55,628 bases of DNA. It comes from an uncultured Candidatus Saccharibacteria bacterium (GTDB taxonomy: Bacteria; Patescibacteriota; Minisyncoccia; Phycocordibacterales; PALSA-1337). Positions 8,587 to 17,768 of the stretch are shown here, piece after piece (position 1 is the stretch's first letter; each line of letters opens with the position of its first letter). Location of the stretch: contig CAZNYP010000002.1 of NCBI GenBank assembly GCA_964577365.1, positions 1 through 55,628 on the forward strand, given 5' to 3'. The notes under the pieces are model-generated. The model had not been told where the DNA came from. It did no database searches and saw only the letters and a list, made by a program, of their open reading frames with translations. The position numbers and the translations under genes are program-made.

Positions 8587-10719
8587 ATGTCAGCACGAAA
8601 AAAAGAAGATAAAAGTTTTGGCTTTAAAAGTGATATAGCACGAGAGACTCTTCAGGCTATTACAGCTATTCTTTTTTTCGCATTATCACTCGTCACCGTA
8701 CTCGCAGCATTGGGCAAAGCTGGTTTTGTTGGTGATCATATATATCATTTTTTGAAGGGACTATTCGGTATTGGTTATTTTCTTTTTCCTTTGCTTTTGG
8801 TGCTCTTGGGTATTTCGATTTTAAATGGTGTTGAAAAGCGATTGAATATCCCTAAAATAGTGAGTGCCTTTCTTTTCTTTATATCAGGTCTCGGACTCAT
8901 CGACCTGTTGCCTGGTTCACAGGGAGGTATAGTGGGTAACCTTATTTCTATGCCTCTCATCAAGCTATTTGATGTATACGCGACTGTGGCTATTCTTTTG
9001 GCAGTACTCATCATCTCTATTTTGGTAATGTTCGAAACGCATTTCACTCAGGAGACTTTGGCATTCTGGCATTGGTTTAGAAAGGCAAAACCAGCTGATG
9101 TGGAGGAGGACGACGAACAGATCGAGAAAGAAGTGGCAAAGGTCCGCGAGAAAATCGAGGAGGAAGCTGAGGAAGAAGAAAAAGTTGTACCTATTCCAAA
9201 GGCAAAGACCCCTCCAGTTGAGGAGGAAAAAGACTTTGGAGTATTCCCTACTTTCAAGACTTCTGACGAGGCATACAAACCACCTCCCCTATCACTACTA
9301 GAACGGGACAAAGGCAAACCAGAGGTGGGTGATATAAAAGCAAATGCCAATATCATCAAACGTACCCTCCTCAACTTTGGTATCGACGTTGAGATGGACG
9401 AGATCTCTATCGGACCTTCTGTGACCCGTTATGCACTAAAACCTGCCGAGGGAGTAAAGCTTGCTAAAATCGTGGCACTGAACAACGACCTCGCCCTCGC
9501 CCTCGCTGCGCACCCTATTCGTATCGAGGCACCGATTCCCGGCAAGTCTCTGGTGGGTATCGAGATCCCAAATACAACCAAAACCACCGTCGGTCTTGCG
9601 TCACTTTTGGCATCTGACGAGTTCCAGGATTCGGCTAAACCACTGCTTATCTCGCTTGGAAAGGGCATCTCGGGTAAACCAGTCTTTGCAAATCTCGCCA
9701 AAGCTCCCCACATGCTCGTTGCTGGTACCACTGGATCAGGAAAATCCGTAACCATTCACACCCTCATCACATCACTTATATATCGAAACTCACCTGATGA
9801 GCTTCAGTTTATATTCATTGACCCAAAACGAGTCGAATTGACCCTTTACAACAAGATTCCTCACCTCCTCACCCCAGTTATTACTGATGCCAAAAAAGCA
9901 ATCCTCGCCCTACGCTATGCCGCAAAGGAAATGAGTCGACGATACGACGTACTAGAGAAAGCTCGGGTACGCGATATAGAGTCATACCACAAGTCTCGCA
10001 AGGCAGAGGATGAAACCATGCCCTATATGGTCATTGTGATCGATGAGCTCGCAGATATCATGCAGACATACCCGAGAGAACTGGAAAGCGCTATAGTGCG
10101 CCTAGCACAGATGAGTCGAGCTGTAGGTATACATCTTATCCTTTCTACCCAAAGACCTAGTGTAAACGTCATTACAGGCCTTATAAAGGCAAATATCCCT
10201 ACTCGCGTAGCCCTTCAAGTATCTTCACAGATAGACTCTCGTACCATCCTCGATGCACCAGGTGCAGAAAAACTCCTCGGTCAAGGAGACATGCTCTATC
10301 AAGGTGCCGATATGTCAAAGCCGCTCCGCCTCCAGTCCGCATATATCTCAGAGACTGAGCTCAAAAAAGTCGTTGACTATCTCATCGAAGCGTACAAGGA
10401 CCACATCGGTCACGAGATAAACCTAAATGCACCAGAAAACATACCGGGTAGTAGCAGTATGTTCGAAGGAAGCCTCAATGAACGTGCAGACAGTGGCGAA
10501 GAAGACGATATGTACGAAGACGCACGCCAAGTCGTCATGGAAGCTGGAAAAGCAAGCACCTCATACCTCCAACGAAAACTCGGCGTAGGATACTCACGTG
10601 CAGCAAAACTGATCGATATGCTCGAAGAAAAAGGTGTCATAGGTCCCCAGAACGGTTCAAAGCCACGAGAAGTGATCAGCGGCGCATCTGAAGCTCAGCC
10701 AGATGAGCCTGCACCGTAA
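8587..10719 (+). CDS. ftsK: DNA translocase FtsK/SpoIIIE
   Basis: N-terminal TM helices, acidic linker, Walker A GTTGSGKS, VIVIDELADIM, and a C-terminal gamma wHTH (STSYLQRKLGVGYSRAAKLIDMLEEKGVIG). ATG 8587 is preceded by TGCTATTAT + 6 nt; the track ORF begins at TTG 8563. Confidence 0.95.
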   Translation: MSARKKEDKSFGFKSDIARETLQAITAILFFALSLVTVLAALGKAGFVGDHIYHFLKGLFGIGYFLFPLLLVLLGISILNGVEKRLNIPKIVSAFLFFISGLGLIDLLPGSQGGIVGNLISMPLIKLFDVYATVAILLAVLIISILVMFETHFTQETLAFWHWFRKAKPADVEEDDEQIEKEVAKVREKIEEEAEEEEKVVPIPKAKTPPVEEEKDFGVFPTFKTSDEAYKPPPLSLLERDKGKPEVGDIKANANIIKRTLLNFGIDVEMDEISIGPSVTRYALKPAEGVKLAKIVALNNDLALALAAHPIRIEAPIPGKSLVGIEIPNTTKTTVGLASLLASDEFQDSAKPLLISLGKGISGKPVFANLAKAPHMLVAGTTGSGKSVTIHTLITSLIYRNSPDELQFIFIDPKRVELTLYNKIPHLLTPVITDAKKAILALRYAAKEMSRRYDVLEKARVRDIESYHKSRKAEDETMPYMVIVIDELADIMQTYPRELESAIVRLAQMSRAVGIHLILSTQRPSVNVITGLIKANIPTRVALQVSSQIDSRTILDAPGAEKLLGQGDMLYQGADMSKPLRLQSAYISETELKKVVDYLIEAYKDHIGHEINLNAPENIPGSSSMFEGSLNERADSGEEDDMYEDARQVVMEAGKASTSYLQRKLGVGYSRAAKLIDMLEEKGVIGPQNGSKPREVISGASEAQPDEPAP

Positions 10720-11053
10720 TCTACGAAATATCATATTGTCTACCCTTGCTATCATAGCGGTCCTCTATACCGTCTATGCTTCTCGCAACATCATCATCGG
10801 TCCCCAACTCGTCATATACGAACCTGCTGGTGGTGCTGTGATAGCAACTTCGACTGTGGTTATCAGAGGGTTTGCCCCGCGCGCAAAGTCCGTAACACTA
10901 AACGACCTGGCAATCGCTGTAGATGAGAGTGGAAATTTTGCTGAAATACGCCTCCTTGAACCAGGTCATAATGTGTATAAGTTGTTGATAACCGATCGCT
11001 TTGAGCGAAAAAACCAGAAAATACTTAACATTTACCGACAAGATACTTTTTAG
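10703..11053 (+). CDS. hypothetical membrane-anchored protein with a small beta-sandwich-like ectodomain
   Basis: 116 aa with one N-terminal TM helix. Overlaps the ftsK stop by 17 nt. Confidence 0.6.
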   Translation: MSLHRNLRNIILSTLAIIAVLYTVYASRNIIIGPQLVIYEPAGGAVIATSTVVIRGFAPRAKSVTLNDLAIAVDESGNFAEIRLLEPGHNVYKLLITDRFERKNQKILNIYRQDTF

Positions 11054-11111
11054 AAAGATTTTAGGTATGATTGTATATAGTTAGGTACGTATTACTAATT
11101 TAAATAAACAC

Positions 11112-12128
11112 ATGGCAAAAAAACAAGCGAAAACCGAAGAACCACGACCGACCCTGGAAAGTGTTGCCGATACCCTCGATGCGATACGTACCAAGTTTGG
11201 TGATGACGCAATCATGAAGCTCGGTGACAAACCAAAAGTGGATATAAATGCTATCCCTACCGGATCTATAGGACTCGACGCAGCACTCGGTGTTGGAGGT
11301 ATTCCTCGTGGACGTATTATCGAGATCTTTGGTCCAGAATCATCTGGAAAGACTACCCTCACCCTCCACATCATTGCCGAGGCACAAAAGCTCGGTGGTA
11401 TATGTGCATTTATCGACGCAGAACATGCGATGGATCCTGACTATGCAAAACGTCTAGGAGTAAAGACTGACGAACTCCTCATCTCGCAACCAGACAACGG
11501 TGAACAAGCCCTCGAAATCGTCGAGAGCCTTGTCCGTTCTGGAAAAATGGATGTCGTCGTAATCGACTCTGTCGCAGCCCTCACCCCAAAAGACGAAATC
11601 GAGGGTGATATGGGAGCACACCACGTTGGAAAACAGGCGCGCCTCATGTCTCAGGCCCTTCGCAAGCTCACCGGTATCGTCGCAAAGTCCAAGACTGTGG
11701 TGATCTTTATCAACCAGATCCGTATGCAGATCGGTGTGATGTTTGGAAATCCGGAAACTACCCCAGGAGGAAAGGCACTCAAGTTCTATACCTCGGTCCG
11801 CCTCGATATCCGACGTATTGCTCAGATAAAAAAGGGTGAGGAGATCATGGGAGGACGTACCCGAGTAAAAGTGGTCAAAAACAAAGTCGCAGCTCCCTTT
11901 AAACAGACCGAATTCGACCTCATGTACAACGAAGGCATCTCTCAGGAGGGCGAGATCATTGCCCTCGGAGAGAAAATGGGTCTCATCCAAAAGTCAGGTA
12001 CCTCATATAACTATGGCGAGGTAAAGCTCGGCCGCGGCTATGACGCCACCCGACAGTTTTTCAAAGAGAACAAAGATATAGCTGAAAAGATCCTCACTGA
12101 GATTAGACAAAAACTTAAAGAAGAGTAA
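11112..12128 (+). CDS. recA: recombinase RecA
   Basis: [10 protein letters not shown] Walker [16 protein letters not shown] and FINQIR motifs; 338 aa. Confidence 0.98.
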   Translation: MAKKQAKTEEPRPTLESVADTLDAIRTKFGDDAIMKLGDKPKVDINAIPTGSIGLDAALGVGGIPRGRIIEIFGPESSGKTTLTLHIIAEAQKLGGICAFIDAEHAMDPDYAKRLGVKTDELLISQPDNGEQALEIVESLVRSGKMDVVVIDSVAALTPKDEIEGDMGAHHVGKQARLMSQALRKLTGIVAKSKTVVIFINQIRMQIGVMFGNPETTPGGKALKFYTSVRLDIRRIAQIKKGEEIMGGRTRVKVVKNKVAAPFKQTEFDLMYNEGISQEGEIIALGEKMGLIQKSGTSYNYGEVKLGRGYDATRQFFKENKDIAEKILTEIRQKLKEE

Positions 12129-12137
12129 TATAGTGCA

Positions 12138-12704
12138 ATGCTCGAATATAACGAAATCGTAGAACGAAAATATATTATCTTTAACGGCGATCCATACGAG
12201 GTTCTCACTTCGCATGTATTCCGCAAACAGCAGCGCAAGCCTGTTAATGCCACAAAGCTAAAAAACCTCTTTACCGGTAAAGTAACCGAGTACTCTTTTC
12301 ACCAAAACGAAAAGGCAGAAGAGGCTATCATCGATAAACGAGACGTAAAGTTCCTCTATACAAACAAAGGAGAGCTTTGGTTTTGTGAAGCAAATGATCC
12401 CTCAAAACGATTTAGTATGTCCGAAGAATTCCTCGGCCCGCAGGCAAAGTATATAAAGGCAAATACCATCATTCCCCTTCTCTCTTTCAATGAGCGACCG
12501 ATCGGCCTCAAATTCCCTATCACTGTCGACCTCAAAGTAACCGAAGCAGCTCCAGCAGTGCGTGGTGATACCGTCACCGGAGGTTCAAAGAACGTAACCC
12601 TCGAAACAGGAGCAACGATCAACGTGCCGATGTTTGTAAGTGAAGGAGACGTCATCAGAATCAACACAGAAACAGCGGAATATCGAGAGCGAGTAGGTAA
12701 ATAA
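12138..12704 (+). CDS. efp: translation elongation factor P
   Basis: 188 aa with EF-P three-domain length and a C-terminal VPMFVSEGDVIRINTETAEYRERV signature. Confidence 0.9.
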   Translation: MLEYNEIVERKYIIFNGDPYEVLTSHVFRKQQRKPVNATKLKNLFTGKVTEYSFHQNEKAEEAIIDKRDVKFLYTNKGELWFCEANDPSKRFSMSEEFLGPQAKYIKANTIIPLLSFNERPIGLKFPITVDLKVTEAAPAVRGDTVTGGSKNVTLETGATINVPMFVSEGDVIRINTETAEYRERVGK

Positions 12705-12705
12705 C

Positions 12706-12734
12706 AAAAAAGCCACCGCGAGGTGGCTTTTTTG
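12706..12734. terminator. bidirectional rho-independent terminator (efp / rpsR)
   Basis: AGCCACC / GGTGGCT stem with an A-run on one side and a T-run on the other, between convergent genes. Confidence 0.75.
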
Positions 12735-12744
12735 TTTTGTTATC

Positions 12745-12948
12745 TTATCGCGCTACGAACGGTAGAAGTCCCATGAATCGAGCTCGCTTTACAGCCATCG
12801 CTAGCTGTCGCTGACTCTTTGCACTGACGCCTGTTCGCTTTCGAGCAATGATACGTCCGTGAGGATTTAGAAATTTCTTTAGGATTTCTGTATCCTTATA
12901 GTCGATGTATCTGATATTGTTTTGTGAGAAATAACACTGTTTGTTCAT
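12745..12948 (-). CDS. rpsR: 30S ribosomal protein S18
   Basis: 67 aa; IDYKD...LKKFLNPHGRIIARKRTGVSAKSQRQLAMAVKRARFMGLLPF is the S18 signature. Confidence 0.96.
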   Translation of the reverse strand: MNKQCYFSQNNIRYIDYKDTEILKKFLNPHGRIIARKRTGVSAKSQRQLAMAVKRARFMGLLPFVAR

Positions 12949-12958
12949 AATTGTTTAT

Positions 12959-13402
12959 TTAGAATGGTATATCATCTGGATTTATCTCTTCCTCTGGGTA
13001 GTCGATCGTGTCGGCTGGAGCTGCTTGATCCTCGGTCTTGCCAGCTGCTGCTGGAGCACTACTAGGTGCACCGCTGCCTCGTGGACCAAACTGGACTCGA
13101 TCTGCTACGATCTCGGTACGGTAGTTTTTCTTTCCCTCCTTGTCGTCCCAAGAGCGTGTCTGCATTCGTCCCTCTACGAGCGCTGAGGCACCCTTTTTGA
13201 GGTATTGAGCAGCTAGTTCAGCTGATCTACCAAAGACTACGATGTTGTGATAGTCAGCACTCTCTTGCTTTGCACCGTTCTTGTCTTTCCAGACACGATT
13301 GGTAGCGAGACTGAACTGACATACCTTTATACCCGATGGGAGAGCTTTGAGCTCTGGATCACGAGTAAGATTTCCGATGACTAATGCTTTGTTTAAATAC
13401 AT
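12959..13402 (-). CDS. ssb: single-stranded DNA-binding protein
   Basis: OB-fold N-terminus (MYLNKALVIGNLTRDPELK), disordered tail ending in the acidic DDIPF tip. Canonical rpsF-ssb-rpsR order. Confidence 0.95.
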   Translation of the reverse strand: MYLNKALVIGNLTRDPELKALPSGIKVCQFSLATNRVWKDKNGAKQESADYHNIVVFGRSAELAAQYLKKGASALVEGRMQTRSWDDKEGKKNYRTEIVADRVQFGPRGSGAPSSAPAAAGKTEDQAAPADTIDYPEEEINPDDIPF

Positions 13403-13437
13403 GTGATATACGTTAGTGATTAATACGTATATATAGT

Positions 13438-13893
13438 TTATGCTTCCTTTGGCGTTTCGTCTACTGGGACTTCGACTGGAACTTCGACAACCTCTACTGG
13501 CGCTGCTACTACCTCTTCTTTTACCGCTGATGAACGCTTGCCGAGATATGTATTTTCTCGAGGTACGGTCATGAGGATAAATCGAAGTACGTCTGTATCA
13601 GCATCGAGTTTTTCCTTTACACTATTGATTGCATCTGGCATGACTGCAAACTTTACCCATCCAAAGTACCCTTCGGTAAAGCGGTGATTTTTTGCACCGA
13701 TTTTCTTTATCATGGTATACGCTAGTGTCTCTTTCACAGGAGCTTCTTCAGATATCATTTCTGCTTTTGCAGCTGAAATGTATGCTTTGAGCTCGTCCAC
13801 CTTTGCACTCACCTTTTCCTCAGGCAATGAAGATACCAAGAGGTATCCGATTTCATAGACCTTTGGATCATCAGTTTTGATTGATCTTGTCAT
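13438..13893 (-). CDS. rpsF: 30S ribosomal protein S6 (with C-terminal extension)
   Basis: From ATG 13893: MTRSIKTDDPKVYEIGYLLV...GYFGWVKF. The track ORF is extended upstream to 14010. Confidence 0.9.
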   Translation of the reverse strand: MTRSIKTDDPKVYEIGYLLVSSLPEEKVSAKVDELKAYISAAKAEMISEEAPVKETLAYTMIKKIGAKNHRFTEGYFGWVKFAVMPDAINSVKEKLDADTDVLRFILMTVPRENTYLGKRSSAVKEEVVAAPVEVVEVPVEVPVDETPKEA

Positions 13894-14050
13894 AGATATA
13901 GAGCAGTAATCCGTCACGAATAAACGGAGCAGAGGGTGACACCCTCGGACTGCTAAAATTGATAATGTTCGTGTAATCGACAGACTAACATGCCAAAGAG
14001 CCAAACGCAATACGCCTCCTTTAGCCTAGCAAATGGGCGATAACATCTTT

Positions 14051-14782
14051 TTAAACTATTTCGAAAAAACGACGAGAATTCTCCAAAACTGTGGATTTCA
14101 TGTGGATAAAGTCGTTCCCGCGTATATCTGCCATCTTTGCTACGATATCAGTCACATTTCCTGGCTCATTTCGCTTCCCCCTCACCGGCGAGACATATGG
14201 ACTATCAGTTTCAGCCATCAGGCGATCATGCGGCACATGTTTTACCAGAGCTTCATACTCTTTTGCAAATGTAATGACACCAGTAAAAGAAATAGAATAT
14301 CCGAGGTCCAAAAATCTATCTGCATCTTCGAGAGTTCCTGCGAAAAAGTGGGCATTCGCTCTCACCTGCTTTGTTTTGAGTGCCTCATACGCCTCTTTGT
14401 ATGCATTTCGTATGTGAAGCATGAGGGGTTTGCTGAGTTCTTGTGCAAGTGAGATCTGTTTATCAAAAACCTCAGCCTGTTTTTCATTTGGATACAAGAA
14501 ATCAAAACCGCACTCCCCTATCCCCACAACTTTCTGTTCTTGGGCGAGCTGTTTGTATGCACCATAGTCAAAACCCTCTTCGGCATAGACCGGGTGACAA
14601 CCGACGATGGCCCATATGTCTGGATGTGTCTGTGCGAGCTCTACAGCCCTCTTTGAGGTCTCAAACGTAGTACCGACAACAATCGTTCCTACTTTTTTCT
14701 CTCGCATACGTGCGAGGACCTGGTCGAGATCGGACTCGAAGTCTTTGAAATTGAGGTGAGAGTGTATATCGATGTATTCCAT
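14051..14782 (-). CDS. tatD: TatD-family metal-dependent hydrolase
   Basis: 243 aa; IDIHSHLNF, GECGFD and ETDSPY motifs. ATG is preceded by TGATATATT + 7 nt. Confidence 0.92.
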   Translation of the reverse strand: MEYIDIHSHLNFKDFESDLDQVLARMREKKVGTIVVGTTFETSKRAVELAQTHPDIWAIVGCHPVYAEEGFDYGAYKQLAQEQKVVGIGECGFDFLYPNEKQAEVFDKQISLAQELSKPLMLHIRNAYKEAYEALKTKQVRANAHFFAGTLEDADRFLDLGYSISFTGVITFAKEYEALVKHVPHDRLMAETDSPYVSPVRGKRNEPGNVTDIVAKMADIRGNDFIHMKSTVLENSRRFFEIV

Positions 14783-14799
14783 GGGACTAAATATATCAT

Positions 14800-14829
14800 A
14801 AAAGCAAAGCGCGTCCTCCTCGGACGCGC
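14800..14829 (-). terminator. rho-independent terminator of the 14855..15439 orphan gene
   Basis: GCGCGTCC (14809-14816) / GGACGCGC (14822-14829) stem, followed on the minus strand by UUUGCUUUU. Confidence 0.7.
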
Positions 14830-14854
14830 GTGGACTACCATTGTATGGGTAGTC

Positions 14855-15439
14855 TCATTGTGGGCACAAAAGTGCTCGGAGTGAATCTAGCACCCCCTGG
14901 TCCTCCTTCGCAAGGAGCCTGATCACTTCTGGAGTATCACCATTGCACTCGAGTGCCACCACAGAGGCCGCTGTGAGGTGAATCATGAGCCCAGCGACTA
15001 GGGTACGGATCTGGATATCCTTGGCATTCTGCTCTAGGAGTGGCCGAACGGCTTCAAGTTTAGTGCTGTCGAGGTTTTCGCCGCTGATTAAAAAATCGAA
15101 GAATTCGCGCTCCTCCAGATCGAGGACTTTCAAGAGCTCTGGGAAACGATCTTGATTTCGAGCCAGAAACTGCAGGATGTCTCTAAAAGTTGACTGGGAA
15201 GCAAATCCTTCTCGACAAGTGTACCCCGCATCATTGAAATACTGGACGACAAGCCAAAACTGAAGAGTGTACTCTGGATCACAACTCTCGACCAAAGAGT
15301 ACAACTCGTCTAGCGTTATCCCGAGGTGTCGAGCGATCGCAGGTCGGGCTATTAAGTGCCTTTTCCACTGAGAACTGAAGGGTTCGAAATGACCATACAT
15401 TTCTGTTTCTGGGTGCTGAAGCGTTAATGTTTTAGACAT
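14855..15439 (-). CDS. hypothetical protein, compositionally atypical orphan (A)
   Basis: Clean 194-aa ORF with an ATG start, no long shadow ORFs and its own terminator. No motif I recognise. Confidence 0.65.
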   Translation of the reverse strand: MSKTLTLQHPETEMYGHFEPFSSQWKRHLIARPAIARHLGITLDELYSLVESCDPEYTLQFWLVVQYFNDAGYTCREGFASQSTFRDILQFLARNQDRFPELLKVLDLEEREFFDFLISGENLDSTKLEAVRPLLEQNAKDIQIRTLVAGLMIHLTAASVVALECNGDTPEVIRLLAKEDQGVLDSLRALLCPQ

Positions 15440-15483
15440 AATCCACCCACAAACGTATCATATTCCCACCCTATTTGCGAATA

Positions 15484-16362
15484 CTATTCCCAACAGACCC
15501 GTGACAGCTCCCTCACATCATCATGACTAAGGGTGATGATCGGCACATCCGAACTCAAGTAATGCATCACCGACCGAGGATAGTCGACATGCTCCATACC
15601 GAGAGCATGCCCCAATTCATGAGCGAGGAGCCATTTGAGCTCTCTGTCACCCTCATAGCGGTAGACCGTGATCTTGTCCTCACGCGGATCCCACCGCCCA
15701 TCCTCAACGATATCACCATCCGTACCGCCGAGCTCATTGATCCTCTCATTCAAAGCGATTCTGACTGGCTCTAGTTTTTCCTGAACCTCTTCGAGGAGGG
15801 TGGTCTCTTGTTTTAAGTATGTATATTGTGTACGCAACCTTTCATCTTCGGCACGCAATCGTCTGTATTCTGTTTCACTTCTGCGATTTCCACTGTTCCA
15901 TCGCTCTAGATCTATTTCATACTGTTCAGTATCTTCGTCGTACTGATTTGCCTGCTCCTCGTACCGGTCGAGCCTACTCTCGTATGCAGCGATAGTTTTT
16001 TCATACTGAGTGATCTCTGTATCGAGCTCCCTACTCGTGACCAACGTTTCTTGCCGATCGTCGTAGACAAAATCGATACTGATATCAGCTTTGTCTTTAC
16101 GTGGTTCGTATTCGAAAAGGTTGTACTTGCTAGATTTTTCCCACACACTCTCTGCTTCACTCAGCTCCTCTAGAATCTTTTGGTTTGTTAATTCAAATCT
16201 TTTATCGATTACACCTAGAGTGTATGTGAGCGCCCTGCTACACGGCGGAACTACCACAAGATATATGACGAGTCCGAAAAAGATAATGATGGGCAGCCAA
16301 AATAGTACGAGAGGCACTATGATGTACCATTTTTTGTACCACTTCTTTTTCTGAAGAGACAT
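15484..16362 (-). CDS. membrane-anchored coiled-coil protein with minimal C-terminal metzincin (matrixin-like) zinc protease domain
   Basis: N-terminal TM helix, long charged heptad-like region, then HELGHALGMEH (HExxHxxGxxH) and a Met-turn SVMHY. ATG 16362 is preceded by TATAAT + 6 nt. Confidence 0.8.
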   Translation of the reverse strand: MSLQKKKWYKKWYIIVPLVLFWLPIIIFFGLVIYLVVVPPCSRALTYTLGVIDKRFELTNQKILEELSEAESVWEKSSKYNLFEYEPRKDKADISIDFVYDDRQETLVTSRELDTEITQYEKTIAAYESRLDRYEEQANQYDEDTEQYEIDLERWNSGNRRSETEYRRLRAEDERLRTQYTYLKQETTLLEEVQEKLEPVRIALNERINELGGTDGDIVEDGRWDPREDKITVYRYEGDRELKWLLAHELGHALGMEHVDYPRSVMHYLSSDVPIITLSHDDVRELSRVCWE

Positions 16363-16379
16363 GCCTAAATTATACAATA

Positions 16380-17768
16380 CTATTTGCGGGGAAAGAGCAT
16401 CGGCTTTCGCTTGAGCTCGAGTGCAGTAAATATCTCTTTTGAAGTCTCTGGCATAATCGGTCCGAGGTGGTATGCGATCGTTGTGAGCTCGCTCAGCAGA
16501 TAAACCAGATCCTTTGTCGCAGCAGTAACATCTGTTTTTATTTTCTTAAACGGCTCTTCTTTTTGAATATATTCATCGGCGAGGCTTATCTTTTTCCAGA
16601 TAAGATCGCAAGCTTCTTTTATATTAAAACGCTCGAGGGCAGAGACAAACTCTGGAGAAAATTCGGTCTTTTGGATCGTGATGGGAATATTGTTAGCCAA
16701 GATCATCTGGATGATGCGACTCGAGAGATTACCGATACCATTTGCGAGGTTAGCATTGTATGAAGTCTTGAATGACTCGTGGGTAAAGTCACTGTCCTCA
16801 AACGGATTGAACTCGCGAGCTACGTGATAGCGCACTGCTTCTGCTCCATATGTGTTTACGAGATCCTGTGGGCTCACTACATTACCCAGACTCTTTGACA
16901 TCTTTTGACCCCCGACCGTGATAAAACCGTTGATGATGATGTGTGCTGATGGCTCCATACCTGCAGCGAGGAGCATGGCCTGCCACATCGCTGACTGCTG
17001 GCGGAGGTTGTCCTTTCCGCAGTACTGCACTGCTTCGTGCCATTTTTCTTTATCAAAAATATAGTTCACAAGCGCATCGAACCACACATACATGACCTGT
17101 GTCTCATCCCCAGGTACTGGCACTCCCCATGACATCTTTTCTTTGAGACGTGAGATACTGAAATCTTCGAGACCACGTTTTACAAACGCTTTTATCTCAT
17201 TGAAACGAAAATCGGGGATGACGAGTGTCGGATTCTTTTCATAAAGATCAATGAGTGGTTTCTGGAACTTTGAAAAAGCAAAGAAATAATTTTCTTCATC
17301 GATGAGCTCGATATCGAGGTTCGGATGGAGCTCGCATTTGCCTTGTACTAGCTCTGAATCAGTTTTTTCGAGCTCGCAACCGACGCAGTATTTGACTTGG
17401 TATTTCTTCTTGTAAATAAATCCATTTTTATTGCATGTCTCCCAAAAGGCCTGGGCATTCTTCTTGTGTTCTGGATTTGTCGTACGGACAAAATGCACAT
17501 CGGGTGAGACGTGGAGTGCGGGGATGAGGTCCTTAAAGTGCTGTGCAAAATCATCTACGTATTTTTGTGGATCCACATTTAGCTCTGTGGCTTTTCGATA
17601 TATCTTTACTCCATGTTCATCGGTACCTGTATTGAAAAAGACATCGTACCCCTGGGCTTTTTTAAATCGCGCGATGACATCCGCACGGATGAGTTCCATA
17701 GCAAAACCGATATGGGGCTCGCCATTTACGTACGGCAGTGTGGTGGTGATATAAAAAGGTTTAGACAT
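16380..17768 (-). CDS. metG: methionine--tRNA ligase (core enzyme, no C-terminal tRNA-binding domain)
   Basis: PYVNGEPHIGF (HIGH-type), KMSKSLGN, and a CVGC zinc knuckle. About 462 aa from ATG 17768. Confidence 0.95.
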   Translation of the reverse strand: MSKPFYITTTLPYVNGEPHIGFAMELIRADVIARFKKAQGYDVFFNTGTDEHGVKIYRKATELNVDPQKYVDDFAQHFKDLIPALHVSPDVHFVRTTNPEHKKNAQAFWETCNKNGFIYKKKYQVKYCVGCELEKTDSELVQGKCELHPNLDIELIDEENYFFAFSKFQKPLIDLYEKNPTLVIPDFRFNEIKAFVKRGLEDFSISRLKEKMSWGVPVPGDETQVMYVWFDALVNYIFDKEKWHEAVQYCGKDNLRQQSAMWQAMLLAAGMEPSAHIIINGFITVGGQKMSKSLGNVVSPQDLVNTYGAEAVRYHVAREFNPFEDSDFTHESFKTSYNANLANGIGNLSSRIIQMILANNIPITIQKTEFSPEFVSALERFNIKEACDLIWKKISLADEYIQKEEPFKKIKTDVTAATKDLVYLLSELTTIAYHLGPIMPETSKEIFTALELKRKPMLFPRK

